Assembly (NCBI GenBank): GCA_963832165.1
Contig: CAWHTE010000011.1
Span: 672,001-736,000, forward strand
Direction of reading: 5' to 3'
From: an uncultured delta proteobacterium
Lineage (GTDB): Bacteria > Myxococcota_A > UBA9160 > SMWR01
Length of the DNA stretch: 64,000 bases
Below are positions 18,893 to 28,977 of this stretch, piece after piece. The notes under the pieces were generated by a model that ran no database searches, was not told the origin of the DNA, and saw nothing but the letters and a program-made list of their open reading frames with translations. Positions within the stretch are counted from its first letter, which is position 1; the number at the start of each line of letters is the position of its first letter. The position numbers were made by a program, and so were the translations under genes.

Positions 18893-20174
18893 CGAAGCGT
18901 CCATCCTTCATGATGGCCTTCAGGTTGCGCACGGGATCCTTCAGCACCGCGATGTCGACCGACGGGTCGCCGTCGACCACGAGCAGGTCGGCGATCTTCC
19001 CCTCTTCGATCGTTCCGAGGTCCTGCGCCTGCTGCATCAGGACGGCGCCGTTCTTGGTCGCCCAGCGGATCACGTCGAGCGCCGGGATGCCGACGTCCTT
19101 CACATACACCTCGAGCTCGTGGGCATAGATGCCGGGCGTGTGCGGAATGATCTCGACACCGTAGTCGTCGCCGGGCACGATGCAGACGCCGGCCTTGTTC
19201 GCCTCCGGGAGCATCTTGCGCAGATTCTCCCATTCGCGCTTCACCGGGGCGAGCTGCTGATCGCGCGCGACGCTGGCGCCGCCGTCCGGGGCGCTCAGGA
19301 TGTGCTCGCGCAGGCGCTTGAGGAACAGCATGCTCGGGATGTAGATGGTGCCGTGCTTCACCATCATCTCGATGCACTGACCGTCCATCTCGTCGCCGTG
19401 ATCGATGATGTCGACGCCGAGCTCGATGCTCGTGACGATCGCCTTCTTCGCCACGCAGTGGGCGCGCACTCGCGCGTTGCGCTCGTGGGCGGCCTCGATT
19501 GCGGCGATGTACTCGTCGCGCGCCATGCCGCGATAATTGCCGCTCGACTCGACGCCGTGTCCGCCGGTCGGGAAGAGCTTGATGATTTGCGCGCCGCGCT
19601 TGATCTCGCCGCGCACCGCTTTGCGGATGTCGGCGACGCCGTCGCAGATCACCTCGGCTCCCACGCGCCGGATCCCGTCCACGCTGGGAGGGCCCATCTC
19701 CTTCCACCAGGGCGCGCTGTCGTTGTCGTTGCCGGTCGTGTCGATGTGCCGGCTGCACGGCACGATCCGCGGGCCCTCGAAGACGCCTTCCTCGATCGCC
19801 ATCTTCATCGAGGCGTCGATGTCGTGCGCGCATCCCGCGCTCACCACGCCGGTGATGCCGTTCATGAGCGCGTGCTGGAGGTTTCGCACCGAGACCGCGG
19901 CGTGATAGGCCGGTGGCTTCTCGAGGCCGAGATACTTCTCGTAGATCTCAGTGAGCTTGAGGTCGGGATAGTCCGGGTGCCAGTGGCCGAGGACCATGCC
20001 CGGCATCAACGTGCGCCCGTCGAGGTCGATCACGCGGTCCGCGGGGCCCGGAGCCGGCCCGGCCCCGTCGCTCACGGACGCGATGCGGCCCGCTTCGACG
20101 ACGACGGTTCCACCCGCCCGGGCCGCGTGCTCGCCGTCGAGCAGGTTTGCGTTTCGGAAGACAATGCGAGTCAC
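18873..20174 (-). CDS. Amidohydrolase family protein (imidazolonepropionase/prolidase-like)
   Basis: IDLDGRTLMPG, HWH, RAH, IDHG and GTIEEGKIADLLVVDGDP. Confidence 0.9.
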   Translation of the reverse strand: MTRIVFRNANLLDGEHAARAGGTVVVEAGRIASVSDGAGPAPGPADRVIDLDGRTLMPGMVLGHWHPDYPDLKLTEIYEKYLGLEKPPAYHAAVSVRNLQHALMNGITGVVSAGCAHDIDASMKMAIEEGVFEGPRIVPCSRHIDTTGNDNDSAPWWKEMGPPSVDGIRRVGAEVICDGVADIRKAVRGEIKRGAQIIKLFPTGGHGVESSGNYRGMARDEYIAAIEAAHERNARVRAHCVAKKAIVTSIELGVDIIDHGDEMDGQCIEMMVKHGTIYIPSMLFLKRLREHILSAPDGGASVARDQQLAPVKREWENLRKMLPEANKAGVCIVPGDDYGVEIIPHTPGIYAHELEVYVKDVGIPALDVIRWATKNGAVLMQQAQDLGTIEEGKIADLLVVDGDPSVDIAVLKDPVRNLKAIMKDGRFVKDELR

Positions 20175-23100
20175 GGCGACACCTCCTGTGGTGAATGAGC
20201 CGAGAGGACCCCCGCTGCGGGGCTCCGCAAACGGAAGGCCTCGACGAGCTCCGCGTGCTTCGCTCGCGCGCGCTCGAGGTGCTCGTCCTTGACGATCCCG
20301 AACCCGCGCACGTGCTCCGGAAGACTCGCGATCTCGACCGCGAGATCGCGGTTGTCCGGCGCGAGGTCGTCGAGCAGCTCGGCGATCGTGCGCTCGTATT
20401 CGGCGATCAGGCGACGCTCGGTGCGCCGATGGGCGGTCCAGCCGAAGACGTCGAGCGGCGTTCCGCGCAGGAACTTCAGCCGCGCGAGGACTCGGAACAG
20501 CGGGAACACCCAGGGCCCGACCGAGATCTTGCGCACACGCCCGGAATCGCGGTCGCTCGGGAATATCAGCTGCGGAGCCAGCTGCAGCGAGACGCGATAG
20601 TCGCCTTGGAAGGTCTGATCGAGCTGACGCTGAAAGCTGCCGTCGGTGTAGAGGCGGGCGACTTCGTACTCGTCCTTGTAGGCGAGCAGCTTGAAGTAGT
20701 AGCGCGCGACCGCTTCCGCGAGCGGCGTATCGTGGCCGGCGAGCTGCTGCTCTCGAGATGCGACGCGCGCCACGAGGTCGCGGTAGCGCTCGGCATATTG
20801 CGCGTCCTGATATCCGGTCAGGAAGTCGGCGCGAAGCGTGACGATTTCGTCGAGCTTCTGCACGGCCGGCCGCTCGTCGCGAAGCGCCGGCCGGGCGGCG
20901 CGCTCGACCGCGGCGAGTTCATGCGCGGCCATGCGGCCCCATGCCAGCGCGCGCCGATTCATGGCCACGGACCGCCCATTGAGCTCGATCGCGCGCTCGA
21001 GCGCCGCGAGCCCGACGGGCAACGCACCGAGCTGAGCGGCGTAGCCGAGCAGGAACAGGTTCACTCCGATCGCATCACCCAGCAGTGCGGTCGCGAGGGG
21101 CGTGGCGCGTACGAAGTGGGAGCTGCCGTTGGCTGCCGCGGCCTCGATCGCTCGCTCCATCCGCTCGGAGGAGAGGTCGAGATCGGGGTCCGTGGCGAAG
21201 TCTTTGGTCGGAGCCACGTGCTGATTTACGACCGCGAGGGTTCGGTCGCGGCTCATCTTGCCGAGCGCCTCGGCTCCCGCGGTCACGACGATGTCGCAGC
21301 CCACGACGAGATCGCAGCTCCCCGCGGAGAGCCGCGTTGCGTGCAGGTCCTCGGCGCGCGCCGCGATGCGCACGTGGCTCATCACCGGTCCGTTCTTCTG
21401 GGCCAGGCCGGTGACGTCGAGTACCGAGCACCCCTTTCCTTCCAGGTGGGCCGCCATGCCCATCAGCGCGCCGACCGTGATCACGCCGGTCCCCCCGATC
21501 CCGGTCACGAGCACGTTGTAGGGATGGGCGAGGTCCGCGACCGGCGGTTCGGGAAGGCTTGCGAAGTCGAACTGCGCGGTCGCGTCGGTCGGCTCGCTGC
21601 CCGCCTTGCGCAGCGATCCTCCCGTCACTACCGCGAAGCTCGGGCAATAGCCCTGGAGGCACGAGTAGTCCTTGTTGCAAGAAGATTGGTTGATGCGCCG
21701 CTTGCGGCCGAGCTCCGTCTCGACAGGCTCGATCGAGATGCAGTTCGATTGCACGCTGCAATCACCGCATCCCTCGCACACGAGCTCGTTGATCACGACG
21801 CGCCGATCGGGGTCCGGGAACTCGCCCCGGTTGCGCAGCCGGCGCGCCTCCGCAGCACAGGTCTGGTCGTACACGATCGCCGACACGCCGATCTGTTCGC
21901 GAAGGCTGCGCTGGACGTGATCGAGCTCGCTGCGATCGTGCACGGTGACTCCGGGAGGGAATCCCGTGTTCCGGAAGCGATCGGGCTCGACGCTCACGAC
22001 CGCAATCGGACGCACGCGCTCCGCGTGGAGCTGCGCGACGATGTCCGGGACGGTCACCTCGCTGTCGATCGATTCGCCCTCTACGGGCTGTCCACCCGTC
22101 ATCGCGACCGCGCCGTTCGCGAGGATCTTGTAGGTGATGTTCACGTTCGCGGCGACCGTCGCGCGCACGGCCAGCAGGCCGGAGTGGAAGAACGTCCCGT
22201 CTCCCATGTTCTGGAAGATGTGCGGCGTATCGGTGAAGGGAGCGGAGCCGATCCAGTTGGCGCCTTCTGCTCCCATGTGCGTGTACGAAAGCGTGCGCCG
22301 CTCGGGAAGCCAGACGGCCATCCCGTGACAACCGATTCCGCCCTGCGCGACGCTGCCTTCCGGAACCGCCGTAGACGTGTTATGTGGGCACCCGGAGCAG
22401 AACGCGGGTGCGCGTGCGAGCGAGGAGGTCTGGACAACGACGGGTGCAGGCGTCTCGTGCGCGAGTTCGGGGAGGTGCGGAGCCAGCCACCTCCGGAGCG
22501 CGTCGGCCACATCCTTGGGCGTGAGCTCCCCCACGGACGAGAGCAGCGGCGCCCCCACCGCATCGCGCTTGCCCTGGATGCTCGGACGCGCAGGGCCGTG
22601 GTAGAGAATGTGCGCGAGCTGCTCTTCGATCAGCGGCCGTTTCTCTTCGACGACGATCACTTCGTCGAGGCCTGCCGCGAAGCGACGTGCGCCCTCCGGT
22701 TCGAGCGGCCACGTGAGCGCGATCTTGTAGATGGCGAGGCCGATCCGAGCCGCGCGTGCCTCGTCGATGCCCATTTCCGCAAGCGCCTGCCGCACGTCGA
22801 GATACGCCTTGCCCGCCGTGACGATCCCGAGCCGCCGCCGCGGCGCATCGAGCACGACGCGGTCGAGTCCGTTCGCGCGCACGAAAGCCTGGGCGGCCGG
22901 CAGGCGCACATCGAAGTGGACCTGCTCCCTCGCGACCGGCGGGATGGCTCCCGACCATATGCCGTGGACTCCAGCCGGCCGCTCGATGTCGGTGGGCTGG
23001 GCGATGTGTACGCGGCCCGGTCCTACTTCGACCGACGCGGCGCTCTCCACGGAGTCGGTCACGCACTTGAAGCCGACCCAGCATCCCGCATAGCGCGACA

Positions 23101-23680
23101 TCGCCCATCCGTACAGGCCGAAGTCGAGATAGTCCTGAACGTTCGCGGGATTCAGAATCGGAATTCCGCAGTGCACGAGCGCGTGCTCGCTCTGATGCGC
23201 GAGCGACGACGATTTGGCGCCCGGATCGTCGCCGGCCAGCACGAGAACGCCGCCGTGGGGCGAGGTGCCCGAGAAATTTCCGTGCTTGAGCGCGTCACAC
23301 GAACGGTCCACTCCGGGGCCCTTGCCGTACCAGATCGCGAACACGCCGTCGTGCCGCGCGCCGGGCAGCAGGTGCACCTGTTGCGATCCCCATACTGCGG
23401 TCGCGGCGAGATCTTCGTTCACTCCGGGCTCGAAGCGGATCCGGTGATCGTCGAGGAAGCGCTTGGCCTGCCAGAGCGCCAGGTCGTACGTGCCGAGCGG
23501 TGAGCCGCGGTAGCCCGAGATGAAACCGGCTGTGTCGAGACCCGCCTCCTCGTCGCGCCGCCGCTGATCCATGGGGAGTCGGACGAGCGCCTGGACGCCC
23601 GTGAGGTAGATCGGCCCAGACCGGCGCACGTACTTGTCGTCGAGGCCGTACTCGCGGTCGATGCCGGTGGTCTGCTTCAT
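20171..23680 (-). CDS. Fused indolepyruvate:ferredoxin oxidoreductase family protein
   Basis: GFISGYRGSPLG, FCSGCPHN, NMGDGT (TPP), VCEGCGDC..NC and CNKDYSC..GYCP ferredoxin cysteines, GIGGTGV, AYKDEYEVARL. Confidence 0.95.
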   Translation of the reverse strand: MKQTTGIDREYGLDDKYVRRSGPIYLTGVQALVRLPMDQRRRDEEAGLDTAGFISGYRGSPLGTYDLALWQAKRFLDDHRIRFEPGVNEDLAATAVWGSQQVHLLPGARHDGVFAIWYGKGPGVDRSCDALKHGNFSGTSPHGGVLVLAGDDPGAKSSSLAHQSEHALVHCGIPILNPANVQDYLDFGLYGWAMSRYAGCWVGFKCVTDSVESAASVEVGPGRVHIAQPTDIERPAGVHGIWSGAIPPVAREQVHFDVRLPAAQAFVRANGLDRVVLDAPRRRLGIVTAGKAYLDVRQALAEMGIDEARAARIGLAIYKIALTWPLEPEGARRFAAGLDEVIVVEEKRPLIEEQLAHILYHGPARPSIQGKRDAVGAPLLSSVGELTPKDVADALRRWLAPHLPELAHETPAPVVVQTSSLARAPAFCSGCPHNTSTAVPEGSVAQGGIGCHGMAVWLPERRTLSYTHMGAEGANWIGSAPFTDTPHIFQNMGDGTFFHSGLLAVRATVAANVNITYKILANGAVAMTGGQPVEGESIDSEVTVPDIVAQLHAERVRPIAVVSVEPDRFRNTGFPPGVTVHDRSELDHVQRSLREQIGVSAIVYDQTCAAEARRLRNRGEFPDPDRRVVINELVCEGCGDCSVQSNCISIEPVETELGRKRRINQSSCNKDYSCLQGYCPSFAVVTGGSLRKAGSEPTDATAQFDFASLPEPPVADLAHPYNVLVTGIGGTGVITVGALMGMAAHLEGKGCSVLDVTGLAQKNGPVMSHVRIAARAEDLHATRLSAGSCDLVVGCDIVVTAGAEALGKMSRDRTLAVVNQHVAPTKDFATDPDLDLSSERMERAIEAAAANGSSHFVRATPLATALLGDAIGVNLFLLGYAAQLGALPVGLAALERAIELNGRSVAMNRRALAWGRMAAHELAAVERAARPALRDERPAVQKLDEIVTLRADFLTGYQDAQYAERYRDLVARVASREQQLAGHDTPLAEAVARYYFKLLAYKDEYEVARLYTDGSFQRQLDQTFQGDYRVSLQLAPQLIFPSDRDSGRVRKISVGPWVFPLFRVLARLKFLRGTPLDVFGWTAHRRTERRLIAEYERTIAELLDDLAPDNRDLAVEIASLPEHVRGFGIVKDEHLERARAKHAELVEAFRLRSPAAGVLSAHSPQEVSP

Positions 23681-24864
23681 CGCGGGTGGGCCCCTTCGAG
23701 CCCGAACGCGCGAACGCCGTTGTCCCAGGCGAGCTTGCGGCGCACGTCGCTCGGCAACGCGCGCAGATTGGCGCGGAACGCATCGGCGCCGCCTGGGAAC
23801 GTGGCGTCCGCATGTGGATAGTCGAGCGCCCAGACCATCGAGTCGCAGATGTGCTCGCTCGCAAAGGCGAGACCGACTTCGTCGCCCTCGAATACGACGA
23901 ATCCCTGGCGCGCGAAATACTCCGAGGGCAGCAGATCCAGGCGCATCTGGAACGCCTGGCGCAGCGCCTCGCCGCCGCGCGCATACTCGTCCATGCGCTC
24001 AAGCGCCGTCACGAACCACGTTCCGTGACTCTCGGTGAGCATGACGTTGAGGCGGGGATGGCGGTCCAGCACGCCCTCGAACACCAGCTGGGCGAACGCT
24101 GTCCAGGCCTCGATCGGAAAGCCGAACATGATCCCGTAGAACGTCGCGTGCCAGAAAGGACGCGTGGTTTTGTAGTGGCGCGTGATCGGTCCGACCAGGC
24201 CCTCGTCGGGTGCGCAGCTGTGGAATACCAGCAGCAGGCCGCGCTCCTCGATCGCGCCGTAGATCGCGTCGAATGCGGGATCGCCGACGAAGCCGCTCGG
24301 GTACTCGGGTGCCGGACGCATGACCACGCCGCGGAAGACGTCGCGCTTTCCCACGCGCTCGAGCTCGCGCAGCGCGCGATCGGGCGCCTGCCACGGGAGC
24401 ACCATGTTCGCGTACACGCGTCCGCGCACGGCCGCGCAGTGATCGGCCACCCAGTCGTTGTAGGCGCGGCACATCGCCTCCGCGACCTCGGCGTCCTCGA
24501 CGAAGCCGAGCCGCAGACCCGGCGACGAGGGATTCACGATCTGGACGTCGATGCGCTCGACGTCCATGTCCGCCAAGCGCTTGGCGGGATCCCATCCGCC
24601 CGGATTGGCCTCGAGGTAGCGCACGCCTTTCGCCAGACGCTCTACCGATACGCCCGCGGCCGCGGTGTAGGCGGCGTCTTCGAGCAGGAGCTTGCCTCCC
24701 TCGTAGAGCCGCGTTCCGGGGCGTCCCATTCGGTCCAACCCGTCGACGAAGCGGAACGGAGAGGCGCCGCGGTAGGCGGGATCCATGTACTCGCCCTCCC
24801 AGAGGTCGGGCGGCTCCGCGACGTGGCTGTCGGTATCGATCAGGAGCGCGGGTTCTTCGGCCAC
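23677..24864 (-). CDS. Amidohydrolase family 2 protein
   Basis: IDTDSHVAEPPDLW, RAYNDW, WALDYPHAD. Confidence 0.9.
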   Translation of the reverse strand: MAEEPALLIDTDSHVAEPPDLWEGEYMDPAYRGASPFRFVDGLDRMGRPGTRLYEGGKLLLEDAAYTAAAGVSVERLAKGVRYLEANPGGWDPAKRLADMDVERIDVQIVNPSSPGLRLGFVEDAEVAEAMCRAYNDWVADHCAAVRGRVYANMVLPWQAPDRALRELERVGKRDVFRGVVMRPAPEYPSGFVGDPAFDAIYGAIEERGLLLVFHSCAPDEGLVGPITRHYKTTRPFWHATFYGIMFGFPIEAWTAFAQLVFEGVLDRHPRLNVMLTESHGTWFVTALERMDEYARGGEALRQAFQMRLDLLPSEYFARQGFVVFEGDEVGLAFASEHICDSMVWALDYPHADATFPGGADAFRANLRALPSDVRRKLAWDNGVRAFGLEGAHPR

Positions 24865-25154
24865 GTCGTTCCTCTCTCGACCGCCCGAGCGAGCGCGGGC
24901 GGCGGCTCCCAGAAGGTGTCGGCTCCTGCGAGCTCGACGATCGCGTCGGGGCCGAGCACCTCGCGCACGCAGCGGGCGAAGTACACACCGAAGAGACACG
25001 TGGGATCGGTGAGGCGCAGGCGCACGCGCGGGGGGCTGCCCGGCTCGATGGCATCGATCAGCCCGAACGAGACGATGTCGGTCGGACGCCCGTGCGAGAT
25101 CGAGCAGGGGTCATGGATGAGTGCCAGGCGCTCGAGGATTTCGTCGCGCGTCAC
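24840..25154 (-). CDS. Small DUF59/MIP18-like metal-sulfur cluster assembly factor
   Basis: IHDPCS..DIVSFGLI and LRLTDPTC; overlaps both neighbours. Confidence 0.72.
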   Translation of the reverse strand: MTRDEILERLALIHDPCSISHGRPTDIVSFGLIDAIEPGSPPRVRLRLTDPTCLFGVYFARCVREVLGPDAIVELAGADTFWEPPPALARAVERGTTWPKNPRS

Positions 25155-26224
25155 GACGGAACCCGCGACCACGGCGGAGCCAGCCCGCGCGCCGCGCGTG
25201 CCTTCGCCACCTCGTCTCCGGCAAGGCGACGGCCGAGCTCGTCCTCGTCGATGCCGTGCAGACGCAGCAGATTCGCGCCGAGGATCTTCGCCTTCACCTC
25301 GTCATCGAACGGCGGAAATCCCTCGTCCTCCACGAGGTCCTTCGGCATCTCGAAACGGCGCAACGCTTCGATGATCGGCTGCGTATGGGTCAGCATGCAG
25401 CCGGTGCCGTAAAGGATCTTGTCGGCTCCGCCGAGCGCGAGGAGGCTTCCGAGGATCCGCGCGAAGCGGCGCGGATAGCGCACCACGAGGTTCGCCGTGA
25501 TCTCGAGGTTCGCGTAGACGTTGGGATGCCGTCCGAGCTGATACGCGGTCTCCTCGAGGAACGCCATCCCCGAGTGGACGACCTCGAAGCTGAGCTCCGG
25601 GAAGGCGACGGCCGCTTCGTCGACGTCGTTCACGTTCAAGTAGGGATCGAGTGGTTCGCGGCGGAACGGGACCGCCTTGTGCATCGCCACGTGACGAACA
25701 CCGATATCGAGCGCGTGGCGCAACAGCGGGTACATGCGATCCACGTCGTTGAACAGCACGCCGTCCGCGCGCCCGTTCGCATCGTAGGCGCCCGTCACGG
25801 GGTAGAACTTGAAGCCCACGACGCTGTATTCCTCGCGCAGCCGGTCCATCTGCTCGATCGCGCGTGCGCCGGCCGTCGAGTCGACCCCGCCATAGAGCAA
25901 CACGCGGCCCGGCAGCGCGCGCGCCAGCTCTGCGCCCACCGCGATCGGCGTTCCGCCATCGCGCAGTACGGGGGTGAGAGCCACGTCGTGGTAGATCGCG
26001 AGGTCGGTCTCGCTCTCGAAGAACACGACCGACGCCATGGATTCCGCGTCCCAACGGCGCACGAACGCCTCGGGCGGGCAGAGGTAGTCCGGGTGCGACC
26101 ACTGCGCGTGCATTCCGATCAGCTGCTGGCGGAGCATCTCGTACTCGGCCGGAGTCGCACCGGGGGCGCGGTTGTTCGGGGTCATGTTGTAGGCGTGGAT
26201 GACCGCGTCCGCGACGATCGCCAT
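25151..26224 (-). CDS. Amidohydrolase family protein (TIM-barrel metal-dependent hydrolase)
   Basis: ADAVIHAYN, GFKFYP, AMHK, FEVVHSG, PNVYANLE. Confidence 0.88.
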   Translation of the reverse strand: MAIVADAVIHAYNMTPNNRAPGATPAEYEMLRQQLIGMHAQWSHPDYLCPPEAFVRRWDAESMASVVFFESETDLAIYHDVALTPVLRDGGTPIAVGAELARALPGRVLLYGGVDSTAGARAIEQMDRLREEYSVVGFKFYPVTGAYDANGRADGVLFNDVDRMYPLLRHALDIGVRHVAMHKAVPFRREPLDPYLNVNDVDEAAVAFPELSFEVVHSGMAFLEETAYQLGRHPNVYANLEITANLVVRYPRRFARILGSLLALGGADKILYGTGCMLTHTQPIIEALRRFEMPKDLVEDEGFPPFDDEVKAKILGANLLRLHGIDEDELGRRLAGDEVAKARAARGLAPPWSRVPS

Positions 26225-26406
26225 GGGTTACTCGCTGCCTCGCAAAAACGTGCGAGAAAGTGATAAAAGAGTATGCGACGCTGAGCGGTCCCGACAACTG
26301 AAAAGCTGCCGCCGCCCCTGCCGCGACAGAATTCGGCACCGCTCCGCGTTTCGATTATTGATATATATAGTTACATATAGGCAGAGACGACGCGAGGAAG
26401 GACCTG

Positions 26407-28161
26407 ATGGCGGTGGACTTGCTGATCCGGAACGGCAGGATCGTCGACGGAACCGGAAGCCCGGCCCGCATCGCCGACGTCGCGATTGCGGGAGACCGGA
26501 TCGTGGCGGTCGAGCCCAACATCGCGGAGCCGGCCGCGGAGTGCATCGATGCCGAGGGGCTCATCGTGGCCCCCGGCTTCATCGACAGCCATACCCACAT
26601 GGATGGCCAGCTGTTCTGGGACCGTTTCGGCTCGTCCAGCTCCTGGCACGGATGCACGACGGTCGTCTGCGGCAATTGCGGATTCTCGCTCGCGCCGATT
26701 CCGCACGGTGATCCCGAGTATCCGCTGAGCCTCATGGCCGGGGTCGAGCAGATCCCGCGCGCCGTGCTCGAGGCAAACGTCCCGTTCGATTGGGACTCTT
26801 TCGGCGGTTATGTGGACTCTCTCGAGCGCAATGGGCTTCCGGTCAACGCCGCTTGCTACGTCGGCCATCCCTTGTTGCGACACGCCGCGATGGGCGAGCG
26901 CGCATGGGAGAGGGAGGCCACCGCTCGGGATCTGGACGCGATCGAGAAGGCGCTCCGCGAAGCGCTGGACGCCGGAGCGCTCGGGGTTTCGTTCAACCGC
27001 TCGCCCGCCGATCGCGACGATCGGGGCCGGGCCACGGCCGGCGTCGATGCCGGTTGGGAAGAGATCCGGCGCATCGTCGGCGTGCTCGCCGACTATCCCG
27101 GTACCCTCGTGCAGGCGATCCCGGGATGGTCTCTGCCCGGACCGTCGGGCGTCGAGACGGGCTGGGAAGACGAGCTCGAGCAGTGGGCGACTGCGACACG
27201 CTCCGCTGGTCGACCGATGGTGTGGGGGCCTCTGATCGAGACCTACGACGACGACTATCTCGGGATCGCGCGCCGGGGCCAGGGCGAGGGATCGAGCATG
27301 TTCGCGGCCACCGGTGTGGTGGCGCTCTCCACGCTCGTGACGTTCGAGATCGAGAACCTGTTCGGGACGATCCCGGGTTGGGAGTTCCTGTTCGAGCTCG
27401 CCGAGCCCGAGCGGCTCCAGGCGCTCGCCGATCCCGAGGTGAGATCGCGCCTGCGAGGAGCCACGGGGCCGGAGCAGTTCATCGGCTACCCGCTCCATAC
27501 CGTCGATCAGAGCGGCCACCCCGTGCCGGGGCCCGCCATCCCGTTCTCGTGGCGAAACCTGTACCGGCTCGGCACCGCGCCGAGCCGATTCGATCTCGAG
27601 GGCCCGTCGCTCGCCGACGAAGCCCGCCTAAGGGGATGCCACCCGGTGGATGTGATGCTCGATGGCGCGGTCGCGAGCCGGCTGCGCGAGTTCGTCATCC
27701 TGTTTCCCTACGGACAGGTACCCGACCGCACGCTGCGGGCGATGCGCGATCCCGCCGCCGTGCTCTCGCGCAACGACACCGGTGCGCATCTCGCGATGCT
27801 GTGCAATGCCGAGAGCACGCAGCTGTTGGCGCAGTGGGTGCGCGAACGACAGGCGGTGTCCCTCGAACGCGCGATCCATTGGCTCACGGGTCGCCAGGCG
27901 GACATCTTTCAGCTCCCTGATCGCGGGCGGCTGCGGGCCCGTTGTGCCGCCGACATCGTGCTGATCGACCTCGAACGCGTGGGACCGCTCGTGCCCGAGC
28001 TTGCTCGCGACCTGCCCGGGGGCAGCTCGCGAATCGTGCAGCGAGCAGCCGGCATCGAGCGCGTGATCGTGTCGGGCCGGACGTTGTTGCGGGAGGGGCA
28101 TCCCACTGGCGAGCTGCCCGGGCGTTTCTTGCGGCCGGCGCGGGCGGCGGCCCGTCGCTGA
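26407..28161 (+). CDS. N-acyl-D-amino-acid deacylase family amidohydrolase
   Basis: DLLIRNGRIVDGTG, PGFIDSHTHMD, GNCG, DTGAH, DLPGG. Confidence 0.9.
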   Translation: MAVDLLIRNGRIVDGTGSPARIADVAIAGDRIVAVEPNIAEPAAECIDAEGLIVAPGFIDSHTHMDGQLFWDRFGSSSSWHGCTTVVCGNCGFSLAPIPHGDPEYPLSLMAGVEQIPRAVLEANVPFDWDSFGGYVDSLERNGLPVNAACYVGHPLLRHAAMGERAWEREATARDLDAIEKALREALDAGALGVSFNRSPADRDDRGRATAGVDAGWEEIRRIVGVLADYPGTLVQAIPGWSLPGPSGVETGWEDELEQWATATRSAGRPMVWGPLIETYDDDYLGIARRGQGEGSSMFAATGVVALSTLVTFEIENLFGTIPGWEFLFELAEPERLQALADPEVRSRLRGATGPEQFIGYPLHTVDQSGHPVPGPAIPFSWRNLYRLGTAPSRFDLEGPSLADEARLRGCHPVDVMLDGAVASRLREFVILFPYGQVPDRTLRAMRDPAAVLSRNDTGAHLAMLCNAESTQLLAQWVRERQAVSLERAIHWLTGRQADIFQLPDRGRLRARCAADIVLIDLERVGPLVPELARDLPGGSSRIVQRAAGIERVIVSGRTLLREGHPTGELPGRFLRPARAAARR

Positions 28162-28179
28162 GCAGCGCGTCGACTACCC

Positions 28180-28974
28180 GTGCGCGAAGTGAAGAGGCTC
28201 GTGCGGCGTGCGGCGCCCGCGATCTGGGTCGAATCGAGTGGCGCCGGCGCGGCGATGCTGCTGCTGATCCACGGGCTCGGTGGAAACGCACGCGTCTGGG
28301 ACAAGCTCCTGGATCACGTCGCTCCGCACTGGGGCGGGCGCATCGTGGTCCCCGATCTGCGCGGTCACGGTCGCAGCGATCCGGGCGCGGCCTATCACTT
28401 CGGATTCCAGGCCGCCGATCTCGGCGACGTGATCGAGCCGGCGAGGCCGCTCGTGATCGTGGGACATTCGCTCGGAGGTCTGATCGCGCTCACGCTCGCG
28501 AGCGGGGTCTACCGGTTGCGACCCGACCACGTCGTCGCGATCGGTGTGATGCCGCGCTGGGAGGAACGCCATCTCGCGCAGTCGGCAAAGCTCGCGTCGC
28601 GCCCGGCCCTCTGGTTCGACGACGAGGCCGACGCCGTACAGCGCTTCCTCGGGCTCTCCGGCCTGGCAGGCCATGTCCATCCCACGAGCACCGCCGCACG
28701 CAGCGGCGTCGTCACAGAGAACGGGCGCCACCGGCTCCGGCAGGATCCGGCGAGCTATGCCACGGGACCGCCGGATCTCGCGGGGATGCTCGCGGCCGCG
28801 CGCTGTCCGCTCGACCTCGTCTACGGAGCGAGTGACTCGATCGTCGACCTCGATCTGGTCGCGCGCGAAGTCCGCGACGCTCAGATGTGGGACGGCGGGC
28901 ACAACCTGCACCTCGAACGACCCGAGCAGCTCGCGCAGCTGGTGCTCGAGCGCGCGAGGAGGCTGGCGCGCTAA
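28180..28974 (+). CDS. Alpha/beta hydrolase
   Basis: LIHGLGG, DLRGHGRS, GHSLGG nucleophile elbow, GHNLHLERP. Confidence 0.92.
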   Translation: MREVKRLVRRAAPAIWVESSGAGAAMLLLIHGLGGNARVWDKLLDHVAPHWGGRIVVPDLRGHGRSDPGAAYHFGFQAADLGDVIEPARPLVIVGHSLGGLIALTLASGVYRLRPDHVVAIGVMPRWEERHLAQSAKLASRPALWFDDEADAVQRFLGLSGLAGHVHPTSTAARSGVVTENGRHRLRQDPASYATGPPDLAGMLAAARCPLDLVYGASDSIVDLDLVAREVRDAQMWDGGHNLHLERPEQLAQLVLERARRLAR

Positions 28975-28977
28975 GGG

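Noticed and set aside
20195..23503. 1102-aa plus-strand ORF and similar long antisense ORFs (53229..55652, 43481..45415, 23686..25374)
   Set aside because: Antisense shadows of clear genes, expected at this GC content, with no motifs
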